Below, in pieces: positions 9,717 through 18,500 of a DNA stretch of 64,000 bases; position 1 is the first letter of the stretch, and each line of letters begins with the position of its first letter. The notes under the pieces were generated by a model that saw only the letters and a list, made by a program, of their open reading frames with translations, searched no databases and was not told the DNA's origin. Source of the DNA: a virus; the IMG/VR virus record IMGVR_UViG_3300046684_000188, positions 4,251-68,250 of that record; one strand, written 5' to 3'. The position numbers and the translations under genes were made by a program.

Positions 9717-11614
9717 AGCTCCCTCACTTTCGTCGTGGGAATCATCCCCTCTTGGGCGACGTCGTCGCAGTAGAAGAATCGGACGCCGTCGATAACCGGA
9801 GCTTCCTGACGCTCATCCGTCATCATCACAATCGCCTGCTCGAGGTTGGAGTCGAGCAGCATCTCCATGAGTGCCTCTTTACCCGCGTGGTCGAAGATGT
9901 CCGCCTCGTCCACGACGACGAATCCGTAGCCGGAGACTTCGGCCAGGGCAACCTGAAACGCCGTAGCGAACCGATAACGCTGGGACTTCGACAGGAACGC
10001 CAAGGGCACAGTCATCTCTTCCGCGTCGGAGTTGCGAAAGGTAATCGAGAACCGGTACTTGGGCTCAAACTCGAGCTGGCAGCGATACCCCCACGAGGAG
10101 AGAACCTTATTCATATCGGCCATGAAAGCGCCAATCTTCTCGCCGAGGATCTGATTCTTAGCCTCGACGTCGAAGTATTTGACCAGCTTCTCAAGCTCGC
10201 GTTGCTCCTCTTCGAGCCCGGCCTTCTGCTTCACCGAGGACGCGGCATCCTGCTTCTGCCTGTCGTAGGCGAGACGGTCGGCGCGTACCTGATTGCCGCG
10301 GGCGATGCGTCCCTCAAGGTCGGCAATCTCCGCGTCTATTGCCTCGGTGTTGGGAGCCGATGCCGGAGCCCCGAGCATATCTATGTCCTTCTGGACAGCC
10401 CGGAGCGCCTTCTCCTCGTCGGCCAGGAGCCCCGCTGCGCGCTCCCGCTCGGCCTTGGCGCGCTCATGCTCCTCTACCGCCTTCTGGTCCCCCTGCGGGT
10501 TACCGAGCGCCTTCCGCTCGTCGACCGCGGCAGTGTAGTCCTCGTTGATCTTGTTGTACGCATCGAGGATGGGAGCGGCGATGTTGGCTAGATCCTCTTC
10601 CGTGTAGGGACGCTTGCACGTCTCGCAGGTAGCGCCAACCTTCTGGACCGAGTCTTTCGCCCGCTTCTTTAGTTCGCGCTCGGCGGAGAGGCGGGCAATC
10701 ATCACGTCCAGCTCTTGAGCGCGCTTGGCTCCCTTGGCTCCGGACTGCGCCTTCTTGAGCGCGGCGGCGGAGAGGATGGTCCCGGAGAGCGAATTCAGGT
10801 CGGTCTGGGCCCGGGCATGGCGCTCGATGGCCAGGTTGAGACGCTGCTCGAGGGCTTTACGCTTGTGGTCGACCCCGCCGGCCAGTATCCCGGCGCGGTC
10901 CTGCTGCTTCGAGCGCAACTCGTCCTTGCGTGCGTTCAGAAGCTCGTCTATCTCGGCGAGCGACATATCCGGCTCCTCGACGTTGATAGGCGAGGGTCCA
11001 CGATGCTCCTTGAGCGCCCGGTTTACTCCCGTCCGTGCCTTGTAGGCCAGCTCGTAACCCTGCTTGATGACCTCGATGGGTGGCTTCATCCAGTCAATCG
11101 GGAGCTTGGTACGGTTTGAGGCGGGCTTCAACCACTCCGGCCACTCGTAGGTAAGCGGGAAGATGATGGCGGAGAGCAAGTCGCGCTGCTTGTCGTCGTC
11201 CATCTCCACGAAGAAGCGGTTATTGACGAGCGCAGAAAGGATGTGACGGTCGGCATAGAGACGGTCCCGGGCTTCAGCTCCAAACGCATAGTTCTCGTCG
11301 TTAGGATCTGTGATGAGACTTGCTTTCTCTCCACTCTCCTTGATGACAACCTCGAGGCGGCGGGCGGAATCCTCGTCCTGCTCGAGGAGTAGCCCAATAT
11401 CTGCGCGCTTGGCTCCCAGCCGGACCAGTGCGGCCGAGCCCTTACCGTCTGCGGTGGTTCCCTGGGCATGACTGGCGAGGGCAATCTCGATAGCCTGCTC
11501 GATGGAAGACTTCCCGGCAGAGTTTGAACCGCGGAAGATGCTTAGGCGGCTGAATTTGATCTTGGTGTCTACGTGAGAGCGAAAGTTCTTCAGGTGTAGC
11601 TCTTTGATTCGCAT
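9713..11614 (-). CDS. Rad50/SbcC-like coiled-coil ABC ATPase
   Basis: LKNFRSH, Walker A GSNSAGKSS, long coiled coil with central CETC hook, degenerate signature LSKSQ, Walker B VVVDEAD. Confidence 0.88.
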   Translation of the reverse strand: MRIKELHLKNFRSHVDTKIKFSRLSIFRGSNSAGKSSIEQAIEIALASHAQGTTADGKGSAALVRLGAKRADIGLLLEQDEDSARRLEVVIKESGEKASLITDPNDENYAFGAEARDRLYADRHILSALVNNRFFVEMDDDKQRDLLSAIIFPLTYEWPEWLKPASNRTKLPIDWMKPPIEVIKQGYELAYKARTGVNRALKEHRGPSPINVEEPDMSLAEIDELLNARKDELRSKQQDRAGILAGGVDHKRKALEQRLNLAIERHARAQTDLNSLSGTILSAAALKKAQSGAKGAKRAQELDVMIARLSAERELKKRAKDSVQKVGATCETCKRPYTEEDLANIAAPILDAYNKINEDYTAAVDERKALGNPQGDQKAVEEHERAKAERERAAGLLADEEKALRAVQKDIDMLGAPASAPNTEAIDAEIADLEGRIARGNQVRADRLAYDRQKQDAASSVKQKAGLEEEQRELEKLVKYFDVEAKNQILGEKIGAFMADMNKVLSSWGYRCQLEFEPKYRFSITFRNSDAEEMTVPLAFLSKSQRYRFATAFQVALAEVSGYGFVVVDEADIFDHAGKEALMEMLLDSNLEQAIVMMTDERQEAPVIDGVRFFYCDDVAQEGMIPTTKVREL

Positions 11615-11713
11615 GTGTCGGCTCCGGTGTTTGTTGGTGGTAGTTGAAGAGGGGTTTAGCGTCCTTCGCGGTTGCGCTCGCGTATAGAGTTTCTTTCTCG
11701 GTCGGTCTGCATC

Positions 11714-12934
11714 CTAGTACCCCTCCTCGTTTCCCCACTCGTTGTATTCGTCGGTCTGGACACCTTCATCGGGCGTCCGAACCGCATACTTAGGCTTCGT
11801 GCCGCGCTCGTAGCAGGAGTCGTCGAGCATCTTCCTCAACCCTTCGCGCTTCTTCGCCTTGGCGTAGCTCTTGACCTTGGTTTGCGACACGGCGAGACGA
11901 CCGTCGAGCAAGTCCTCTCCGGAAATGTCTTTCCATGAGTCGATGATCTTGAGGAAGGACTGGTCCAGCGGCAAGCGGGTCTCCTCAACCGTCTGCTCCC
12001 CGTACTGGTATTTGCGACCGTGCCCGTCCTCATAGGTGACTGCTCCGCGAACCTCGGACCATTCCTTGAGGATCTTGCGGTTGACCGCTCCCATGCGCCT
12101 CATCCACTCCATCCACTTCACGCGATCCGGAAGAGACAGGGTGGTGTACTCGTTGAATTCACCGATGGGACAAGAGAAGTCCATCGCCAGCGGGCAATAG
12201 GTGCAAGTCTTCGACGGGAGAGCGACTGCCTGGTCCGGGTTCTCGTGCAAGAAACGCTGTTGCGCCCGCGCCCGCTTGAGCTGCGCCTCCATATCGGGTA
12301 TGTCGATGCGCTTGTAGGTCATCTCGCGCACCGCGTTGCGGTAGCGAACGAAGTTCAGCTCGAACGTTACCTGCTTCACCTTGGGGAAGTGTTTGAAGAC
12401 GAAGAGAGAGTATTCGACCGATTGAAAGGTATCAGCATCGAAGATGGCAGGGTGACTCTTGTAATCCGGAATCTTGGCGCGCTCCCCATCCTCGGACAGC
12501 AACAGGACGTCGAGTGTGCCAATGTAAGCGGCCCATCCGTCCTTATCCTCGTATTCCACTCCGGGGATGCCTTCGACTTTAGAGAGAGGTGCGGGGTTGA
12601 ACTCCTCGGTGAGCGCCATGGTCAGTTCGGCGGCGTAGAACCGCTCCCACTCGCACTCGTAGAAGTCCCGGATGCCGTCGAGGATGGGTCCGGCGTCGTC
12701 GTGACCGACGTTGACGGCGATCTGGTCAAAGTAGTTCCAGTCCGAACGGACGCGGAGCTTGGCGCAATGCTCGTAGTAGAGAGCCATGACGCGGTGAATG
12801 TCGCGCCCGCGCTCCGATGGTATGGAGGCGGGCAAGCGACGTTTGTTCAGGACAATCTCGACATAGCCCCGCGGGCAGGCCATGACTTCGACGTCCGATT
12901 GGCGGGTTGGTGGAAGATTAGTTAGTTGGCTCAT
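11714..12934 (-). CDS. PD-(D/E)XK exonuclease, Cas4/AddB-like with probable Fe-S cysteines
   Basis: ACPRG..RGRDIH, GTLDVL, PDYKS, Q-x-x-x-Y and CTYCP-x5-CP. ATG at 12934. Confidence 0.82.
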   Translation of the reverse strand: MSQLTNLPPTRQSDVEVMACPRGYVEIVLNKRRLPASIPSERGRDIHRVMALYYEHCAKLRVRSDWNYFDQIAVNVGHDDAGPILDGIRDFYECEWERFYAAELTMALTEEFNPAPLSKVEGIPGVEYEDKDGWAAYIGTLDVLLLSEDGERAKIPDYKSHPAIFDADTFQSVEYSLFVFKHFPKVKQVTFELNFVRYRNAVREMTYKRIDIPDMEAQLKRARAQQRFLHENPDQAVALPSKTCTYCPLAMDFSCPIGEFNEYTTLSLPDRVKWMEWMRRMGAVNRKILKEWSEVRGAVTYEDGHGRKYQYGEQTVEETRLPLDQSFLKIIDSWKDISGEDLLDGRLAVSQTKVKSYAKAKKREGLRKMLDDSCYERGTKPKYAVRTPDEGVQTDEYNEWGNEEGY

Positions 12935-13182
12935 AGCTCGTCTGCTTTCTGTAGTGGATGCTTGCGCGGCTGCGGCCCTCCGCGGGAGGCGAGGTAGAAG
13001 TCTCGGCGCTGCGCGTCGGATAGCTTCTGTGCTCGGCGCTGCGCCTTCACGTCGCGCCACTTGGAAGTGATCGACTTGCCTTTGCCTACCTCCTGCTTGA
13101 GCGAGATGAAGGCATTGTCGACACACATATCCAGCCACTCCTGCGGCCCGGTGTAGGTGATGGTTCTAACTAGGGTTGGCAC
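12931..13182 (-). CDS. Hypothetical protein
   Basis: Probable GTG start at 13182 (MPTLVRTITY) after GAGG. Stop overlaps the next start. Confidence 0.55.
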   Translation of the reverse strand: MPTLVRTITYTGPQEWLDMCVDNAFISLKQEVGKGKSITSKWRDVKAQRRAQKLSDAQRRDFYLASRGGPQPRKHPLQKADEL

Positions 13183-13624
13183 GGTGAACCTCACATTTGT
13201 CGTGAAAGAAGCCAGCAGTTGTCTTGTCCGAGTACGCGAACCTTGCAGCAGCGTCGCAATCCGGACAGGCGGGGGGCTTCCAGTGGATAATGTCGCCAAG
13301 GAACGGAAAGCGCCCGTCCCAAAACTGCATCATCTCGGCTAGATCGTTGAATCCGTCCCTGCGCGCGAGCTGCTCACACTCGTCCAGAGAGAGCTTTACA
13401 TCCTCGACGAGGATGGCTCCGTTCTGGTCGAACGTAATCTCGGCAACCTTGGTGCAGAGGGTGGGCTCGATGATGCGGAACGCGCCTGGGTGACGCGCTC
13501 CGCAGTAGAGGTACAACGTCTCGCCCGGCTTCGCAGGATACTTGCGCTTGCCGCGAATCGTGTGAGTCTTGAGACCCTTGCGTATCGGCTCCACGAAGCG
13601 AGTTTTGAAGTTGTATAGTCCCAT
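13166..13624 (-). CDS. ASCH-domain protein
   Basis: NFKTRFVEPIRKGLKTHTIR (GxKxxTIR), LYLYCG and ARRDGF...FW. Confidence 0.8.
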   Translation of the reverse strand: MGLYNFKTRFVEPIRKGLKTHTIRGKRKYPAKPGETLYLYCGARHPGAFRIIEPTLCTKVAEITFDQNGAILVEDVKLSLDECEQLARRDGFNDLAEMMQFWDGRFPFLGDIIHWKPPACPDCDAAARFAYSDKTTAGFFHDKCEVHRANPS

Positions 13625-13634
13625 GGCTAGTCGA

Positions 13635-14813
13635 TCACCACGCCCGACGGCGCGGCGCTCCTTCCTTCTTCTCCTGCGGCTGTGATGGCTCCGCCTTCGA
13701 TCCAGAGGTGGTAGCAGAGGGGGCAGATGGGGTACTCGCCGACTCCGAGGGGAACATCTCGCCCGCTGACGTGTCCTGCTGCGCAGCGGTAGGAGTAGGC
13801 TTTGACTCCTCCACAGGAATAGCCTGCTTTGAGGCAGGTTGAGATTCGGTCGTCGGTCCAGCCGTCTCCGTTCGCGACGGCTCCGCTCCTTTTTTTAGTT
13901 CGACCTCGACCCCCAGCTTCTTCGCCTCGGTGCGTAGGTGCTGGACGTGTCCCTCGGGATTGCCTGCGAAGTTCTCACGGCTCAAACGCTGCTTGGTCGC
14001 GTTCCAGCCGAGCGCCTTCATCGTCTTCTCAATCTCCTCATCGAAGACGGAGCCGAAGATAGCTTCGACCGACTGCCGGCCATCCTTCAGGTCGTTGGCC
14101 CAAGCCCGGAGGGTTACCAGTTCGTCTACACCGACGTCCTCGACGCCCGGGATACCCAGAGCATTGAGGATCTGGACGGTAGTCACGCCCGCGTTGTTGA
14201 AGTGAGTGATTGCCTTGTCGCGTTGGGCTCCGATAGCTTCGATCTTGCCCACCGAGGCGAGCTTCGACTCCTCCCAGAGACCAATCCAGAGAGCTTTGGG
14301 AACATACTTCAGGATTGCGTTACGGTAGGCCAGCGAGGATGCCGCGGCCATGGTGACGCCAATCATATCGGCGTTGAAGCGTCCATACTTGCCGGTAATG
14401 TTGCGGCTCGTGTTCCAGCCGAAGCGGGACAGACGCTCAAGGTCGAATATCTGCGCCTGCGCGGTGACCGAGTCATCACCAACCTCAAGCGGTCGAACTT
14501 CGACGGCCAGGTTGCGCCAGCAGTACATCACAGCTTCAGCGAACCGGATGCTAGGTCCAATGAGCTGCTTATCGGCACGCGGGAGGCTGTAGGTCATCTG
14601 CTGCGCAATCTCCGGGCTGGTCGTGACGATGGCCTTCAGCTCCTCGCGGAACTTGGTGATAGACCGCGGCGCTTGCCTCGCAGCCTTGATGAGCGAATTG
14701 AGCGCGCTCTCCTCGAGTTGGCCGAGCGCAGTGGTTGACGGGAGAACGGCTTCTGAACCCTCTTCGCTTCCGGGTCCGAAGATATCGGGTTCCTGCTGTT
14801 TGGTGGGTGCCAA
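13635..14813 (-). CDS. Probable single-strand annealing protein/recombinase
   Basis: YSLPRADKQLIGPSIRFAE...W.NL core and disordered tail. Sits in an operon with the exonuclease. TTG start with GAGGT. Confidence 0.55.
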   Translation of the reverse strand: MAPTKQQEPDIFGPGSEEGSEAVLPSTTALGQLEESALNSLIKAARQAPRSITKFREELKAIVTTSPEIAQQMTYSLPRADKQLIGPSIRFAEAVMYCWRNLAVEVRPLEVGDDSVTAQAQIFDLERLSRFGWNTSRNITGKYGRFNADMIGVTMAAASSLAYRNAILKYVPKALWIGLWEESKLASVGKIEAIGAQRDKAITHFNNAGVTTVQILNALGIPGVEDVGVDELVTLRAWANDLKDGRQSVEAIFGSVFDEEIEKTMKALGWNATKQRLSRENFAGNPEGHVQHLRTEAKKLGVEVELKKGAEPSRTETAGPTTESQPASKQAIPVEESKPTPTAAQQDTSAGEMFPSESASTPSAPSATTSGSKAEPSQPQEKKEGAPRRRAW

Positions 14814-14818
14814 TTGAT

Positions 14819-15028
14819 TTACCTCTTTCTGAAGCTGTCAGCTTCCGGGCATGTGGTGAAGTGGGTAATGGCGGGGGAATTCCCGTCCTGCATGAGGTTG
14901 AATGGCATCTTGCGCCCGGTCGGCGTCTCCCACCATTCCATCTCTTCCTTGCAACCACGACAGACAGAGTGATTGCTGAACTTGTATTTGGCTGCTACCA
15001 ACTCATCCCTTGTCTTCGGGAACGGCAT
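14819..15028 (-). CDS. Small phage Zn-binding protein
   Basis: CRGC..MEWWETPTGRKMP...HFTTCP. Confidence 0.7.
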   Translation of the reverse strand: MPFPKTRDELVAAKYKFSNHSVCRGCKEEMEWWETPTGRKMPFNLMQDGNSPAITHFTTCPEADSFRKR

Positions 15029-15191
15029 CGGTCTCCTCCTGGGTGACAACTGGCCGGTTGATGATGATGTGGCGGAGATAGTCAGCTCTGCTCTTGTACT
15101 TCCCCTCCCACTCGCGGTCGATCTGGCGCTCCTCTAGCTTCGAGAATCGCGCCCATAGCTTCTGGGTCAGGGTTGATGGTGGTCGCGGCAA
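15003..15191 (-). CDS. Ribbon-helix-helix-like DNA-binding protein
   Basis: TTG start after AAGGAGG. KLWARFSKLEERQI...KYKSRADYLRHII resembles CopG/MobC RHH. Confidence 0.55.
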   Translation of the reverse strand: MPRPPSTLTQKLWARFSKLEERQIDREWEGKYKSRADYLRHIIINRPVVTQEETDAVPEDKG

Positions 15192-15328
15192 TCCTTGCCT
15201 CCTTTGCGGGTTAGCTCCGAGACTTCGTACTCCCGGATAGTTTTGAACATATCTATGGCTACCAGAACGACGACCAGAAGCAGCAGCCCGACCATGGAGC
15301 GAACGAGGATGATTTGTAGGAGGGTCAT
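15167..15328 (-). CDS. Small membrane protein (53 aa)
   Basis: Manually translated MTLLQIILVRSMVGLLLLVVVLVAIDMF..., translationally coupled. Confidence 0.55.
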   Translation of the reverse strand: MTLLQIILVRSMVGLLLLVVVLVAIDMFKTIREYEVSELTRKGGKDCRDHHQP

Positions 15329-15459
15329 TTGCGCCTCTCATCGCGTACGGTGCCGGTGAAGACGAAAGCGAGAAAGAAGACAAGGCCCGCAGCCATCAGC
15401 AGGCCCGCGGGGTTGTGCTGCGCCCATGTGTCGAGGTAGAAGAGTGCTTGTCCTATCAT
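15325..15459 (-). CDS. Small membrane protein (44 aa)
   Basis: MIGQALFYLDTWAQHNPAGLLMAAGLVFFLAFVFTGTVRDERRK with SD GGAGG. Confidence 0.55.
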   Translation of the reverse strand: MIGQALFYLDTWAQHNPAGLLMAAGLVFFLAFVFTGTVRDERRK

Positions 15460-15653
15460 CGTGTCCTCCGTGCGATCACTCCTAAATGACAATTGCAGTC
15501 GCAGCAGTTACCTTCTGGGTCGGTGCATCCGTCGCAGTTTCCCTGCATACAATCGGCAGACATGCAAGGAATGTCATCAGGCTCTTCGCCGTCGCGCTCA
15601 TCCATGACAGGGAGCAGGGCTGGTATCAGCTTCTTTAGGACTTCGCTTCCCAT
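15456..15653 (-). CDS. Small Cys-rich protein
   Basis: CMSADCMQGNCDGCTDPEGNCCDCNCH. ATG at 15653 with GAGGG. Confidence 0.6.
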   Translation of the reverse strand: MGSEVLKKLIPALLPVMDERDGEEPDDIPCMSADCMQGNCDGCTDPEGNCCDCNCHLGVIARRTR

Positions 15654-15862
15654 GGCTCTCCCTCGTGCTCGCGGTAGTAGGCGCTCTGGCGATCGTTGCT
15701 CGCGGCGATCTTGGCATCGTCCAGTGGTGCAGGCATCACGCGCCCGGTGCCTAAGCAGCTCGGGCAGGTAATCGCCTGGGTGATGGTGCCGCACTTGTAA
15801 AAGGAGCTGGGGAGGGTGCGCACGATGCGCCCCACCCCATCACAGCGTTTGCACTTATTCAC
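15635..15862 (-). CDS. DnaJ-type Zn-finger protein
   Basis: CKRCDGVG...CPSCLGTG. Confidence 0.7.
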   Translation of the reverse strand: MNKCKRCDGVGRIVRTLPSSFYKCGTITQAITCPSCLGTGRVMPAPLDDAKIAASNDRQSAYYREHEGEPWEAKS

Positions 15863-16196
15863 CGAACGCCTCCTTGTTCAGTTCCAAGTCGGTAGCGGCA
15901 TCTTCCTCAAGCCCCTGCTGGTGCTCGATACACTCGTCGCACTCGCCACAGTCGCAGGCTTCCTCCTCCTGCGCCTCCGCCTCCTCCTGCGCCTCCTCTG
16001 CGTCGAGAAGAGCGACCTTGTCGAGGTTCAGGGACTCGGCCAGCTCGTCCAACTTGGCGAGGGTAAGCTCGTCGGCATCGTCGAAGTGGTCGCAGCATCC
16101 GAGGCGACAGTCACCATATTGGCTGGTCTGGAACTCCTGATAGAACCGGATGCAGTGGAGAATCGTTGCCAGTTCGCTATCTTTGATGATCCGCAT
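15855..16196 (-). CDS. Hypothetical acidic protein
   Basis: ATG at 16196 (MRIIKDSELATILHCIRFYQ) with GAGGAGG. Confidence 0.65.
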   Translation of the reverse strand: MRIIKDSELATILHCIRFYQEFQTSQYGDCRLGCCDHFDDADELTLAKLDELAESLNLDKVALLDAEEAQEEAEAQEEEACDCGECDECIEHQQGLEEDAATDLELNKEAFGE

Positions 16197-16524
16197 GGAT
16201 TGCCTCCTCGCCTTCGTGGATCCTGCCGTAGCAGTTGCAGGAGTCGCCAGGGTGACCGCAACGGACATAGCGCCCGTCCTTCACCCAAGCCTGATTGTGA
16301 TAGTCGAAGGAGACAGCCTCGGGAGTGAACCCGAAGCCCTCGATGAGCTTGCGGACAAAGGCCCGGCTGAATTCCAGCCGGGTCTCTACGCCGTATTCGT
16401 TGATGATGCGGGCGAAGTGGAGCCCGTTATAGACCAACCGGAGGGTTCCGAGATTCTCGCCGCGGTGGTCGTACTGGGTGAAGGTTGCGCCCGGGCGAAG
16501 TGCCTTGAAGGTTTTCAGGTTCAT
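16177..16524 (-). CDS. Hypothetical protein
   Basis: 115-aa ORF, SD GGAGG, C-terminal CGHP..C.CYGR.H motif. Confidence 0.65.
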   Translation of the reverse strand: MNLKTFKALRPGATFTQYDHRGENLGTLRLVYNGLHFARIINEYGVETRLEFSRAFVRKLIEGFGFTPEAVSFDYHNQAWVKDGRYVRCGHPGDSCNCYGRIHEGEEAIHADHQR

Positions 16525-16526
16525 GG

Positions 16527-16727
16527 CTAGCGACCTCCCCGAACTACGGTGTAGGAGAAAGATGCGCGGGTGTTGTAGCGGACAGCCTCACGAAGCCTCT
16601 TCGCTTCGGTCTCAGCCTCCTCGCGGTCGGTGTAGACGATGATCTGACCGTCCGCGTCCTTGAGCATCCCGGAGCGGCGCCCGGTGATACCGCCATAGAC
16701 TTCGCACTCAATAACAAAGGTCTCCAT
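16527..16727 (-). CDS. Hypothetical protein
   Basis: 66-aa ORF with SD AAGGGAG. Confidence 0.65.
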   Translation of the reverse strand: METFVIECEVYGGITGRRSGMLKDADGQIIVYTDREEAETEAKRLREAVRYNTRASFSYTVVRGGR

Positions 16728-16981
16728 TAGCGGGCTCCCTTCTTGAGCTTCTTAGCTTCGGCCTTCTCGGCGGCAACCCTACGCGCCTCGATCTTGCAAG
16801 CAGACTGGTAGATGGTGACGAAGTCGACGGGGAGCCTCTGGCGGAGCCCCTTGAGCTTCATGTAGACCACGAAGCCACGGCTATCGAACTCTAGGACGAC
16901 CGGGCGCATCTTGCCGCGGACCCGGACTTCGGCTGATGTTTCGACCTTGAGCGCGGTCTTACGATTAGAGATTTGCGTCAT
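16727..16981 (-). CDS. Hypothetical basic protein
   Basis: 84-aa ORF with SD AAGGAGG. Confidence 0.65.
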   Translation of the reverse strand: MTQISNRKTALKVETSAEVRVRGKMRPVVLEFDSRGFVVYMKLKGLRQRLPVDFVTIYQSACKIEARRVAAEKAEAKKLKKGAR

Positions 16982-17282
16982 GGGACCGTACCTCCTTCTG
17001 TTGTTTGCGGGTGTTGGCGCGCTCGGCCGCAGCCAGGTTGCGCGTCTGGTTGACGTTGAAATAGGTCACGGCGAGCTTCTCGGCCTCCTCGATAGCCTTG
17101 AACGCGGTATCGAGGATCTTCCGGGAATCCTGAAAGTTGACCTCCTCTTGCACCGCAGCCTCAAAGTCACGAATGACCTTGAGGCGTGTCTGCGGACGGT
17201 GGTACTTCTCGAGGTGACAGTCGGCGTGGAGCAGACTGATTCTCGCCAGCTTCATCATGTGAACGAGCCGTTGCACCTTCAC
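16965..17282 (-). CDS. Hypothetical protein
   Basis: GTG at 17282 after AAGGGAGCCCCAC, overlapping the upstream stop. Confidence 0.6.
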   Translation of the reverse strand: MKVQRLVHMMKLARISLLHADCHLEKYHRPQTRLKVIRDFEAAVQEEVNFQDSRKILDTAFKAIEEAEKLAVTYFNVNQTRNLAAAERANTRKQQKEVRSHDANL

Positions 17283-17938
17283 CGTGGGGCTCCCTTCTGG
17301 ATGGCGGGAGCGATGATGAGCGAGGTGTTGTTGGTGAAGGCGTAGAAGACGGCGGAGGTGATGCAGCGCCAGCAAAGCGTCTGACGATACCCACCGACGC
17401 GAACCGAGCGCAGCGTCGTCCATACGGTCGACTTGCAATCAGCCTTGCAGGTGCAAGCCTCAGACTCGCACTCGCAGCTCTCGCCGGGCTCAATAGCCTG
17501 CTCGGCGATATCGAAAGCAGCCTCCCGGGTAGCCTCGACGTCGTCCGGGTGTTCGCTGGGGGTTGTGGTGGCCAGCGGTTGACCTGTGAGATAGTCGGCC
17601 AGCTTCAGAGCTGGCTTGAGAGTGCTCTCGATTCCAAGGCTGTAGTCCTCGATCACTCCCGCTCCGGTCCCTATGCCGTAGGAGAAGCGAACGAAGCCGA
17701 CGCGGTTCATTCCGCCAGCTTCCCGAAGATAGACATTGAAGATATCGAGGGTGGAGCCGTCAGGCTTGAGCCCGTTGGCCATCTCGATAGCTTCGCCGAG
17801 AGTAGATACTGCGACTGGGGTTGCGTCGACCTCACGCACGCTATAACCCGCGTCAATAAGGCACTCTAGCGCCTTGGTTACAATCGCACGCTCGCGAGCG
17901 CGGATAGCTAATAAGTCCTGTTTGGTCCATTGGCTCAT
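17279..17938 (-). CDS. Hypothetical protein, first gene of the leftward arm, Cys-rich C-terminus
   Basis: 219-aa ORF with SD GGAGGGG. Confidence 0.7.
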   Translation of the reverse strand: MSQWTKQDLLAIRARERAIVTKALECLIDAGYSVREVDATPVAVSTLGEAIEMANGLKPDGSTLDIFNVYLREAGGMNRVGFVRFSYGIGTGAGVIEDYSLGIESTLKPALKLADYLTGQPLATTTPSEHPDDVEATREAAFDIAEQAIEPGESCECESEACTCKADCKSTVWTTLRSVRVGGYRQTLCWRCITSAVFYAFTNNTSLIIAPAIQKGAPR

Positions 17939-17984
17939 TTGATTTGCCCCTCCGATGGGCTAAGACATTTCTGTCTTTCGAAAC

Positions 17985-18014
17985 ACTCTACACCCATCTA
18001 TCTAATTTTGTCTA
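17985..18014 (-). promoter_or_regulatory. Putative sigma70-type leftward promoter
   Basis: TAGACA-18 nt-TAGAGT on the - strand in an AT-rich intergenic stretch. Confidence 0.45.
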
Positions 18015-18050
18015 CCGTTATCCATTTGACACACATGATATTCTTTCCTC

Positions 18051-18190
18051 GGCTCGCAAGGGTTGGGTGTTGGTGCTCTCTTATCGGATCATTGGCCCGG
18101 TGGCAGGGAGCCCTCCGAAGCACTCAACCCTCGCGAGACTATTAGTTACAGGCATTTGAGCACGGAGCCCGCTTAGGCGGGCTTTGTTGC
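18051..18190 (+). ncRNA. Putative structured small RNA
   Basis: 19-nt arms 18053-18071 and 18119-18137 pair, with nested inner stems. Preceded by ATGATATTCT and followed by a terminator. Confidence 0.55.
18166..18189 (+). terminator. Intrinsic terminator
   Basis: AGCCCGC-ttag-GCGGGCT followed by TTGTTG. Confidence 0.6.
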
Positions 18191-18290
18191 GTCTACAGAA
18201 ACCTCTTGCAATCCGCGAATATCCCGGCGTACATTCTTCGGCACTCTGTTGAGCTGCTTTATCGTGCGATCTGTTCCCGGGAGTCTTCCA

Positions 18291-18500
18291 ATGCTGAACC
18301 TAGACACGATCTTCGACTATCACGCCTTGATGGCTGAGCAAGTAGAGCGGACAAACGTTGTAAGGATGGCAGCAAAACACTTTGCGTGGGTTGTCGTCGA
18401 GAACACCAACGAATCAGCCGACCAGACAGCAGCCATAAGAAAAATAAGCGAGGCATCTATGACGGCAATAGCCTCTATCGCCAGAGAGGGCGAGTACTAG
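18291..18500 (+). CDS. Acb2/Tad1-like helical-hairpin protein (putative cyclic-nucleotide sponge)
   Basis: FDYH...Q..R...VR.AAK.FA..V......SADQT.AIRKISEA.M.A.ASIAR resembles the FxYH..SRExSxAxTKLEEAxMWANAxIAR family. ATG at 18291 with GGGAG. Confidence 0.6.
   Translation: MLNLDTIFDYHALMAEQVERTNVVRMAAKHFAWVVVENTNESADQTAAIRKISEASMTAIASIAREGEY

Noticed and set aside
11714-12934. CRISPR-associated cas4
   Set aside because: It lies in a phage recombination operon with no other cas genes and is better read as a phage exonuclease.
18026-18031. TTGACA as the -35 of the ncRNA promoter
   Set aside because: It is only 7 nt from TATTCT, which is incompatible with sigma70 spacing.
18075-18112. SAM-I riboswitch (CTCTTATC...TGGCCCG) or SRP/6S RNA
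   Set aside because: It lacks the GCAACC, GGTGC and closing GATAAG elements in the right order and lacks the SRP GGAAGGAAGCAGC loop. Kept as an unknown ncRNA.
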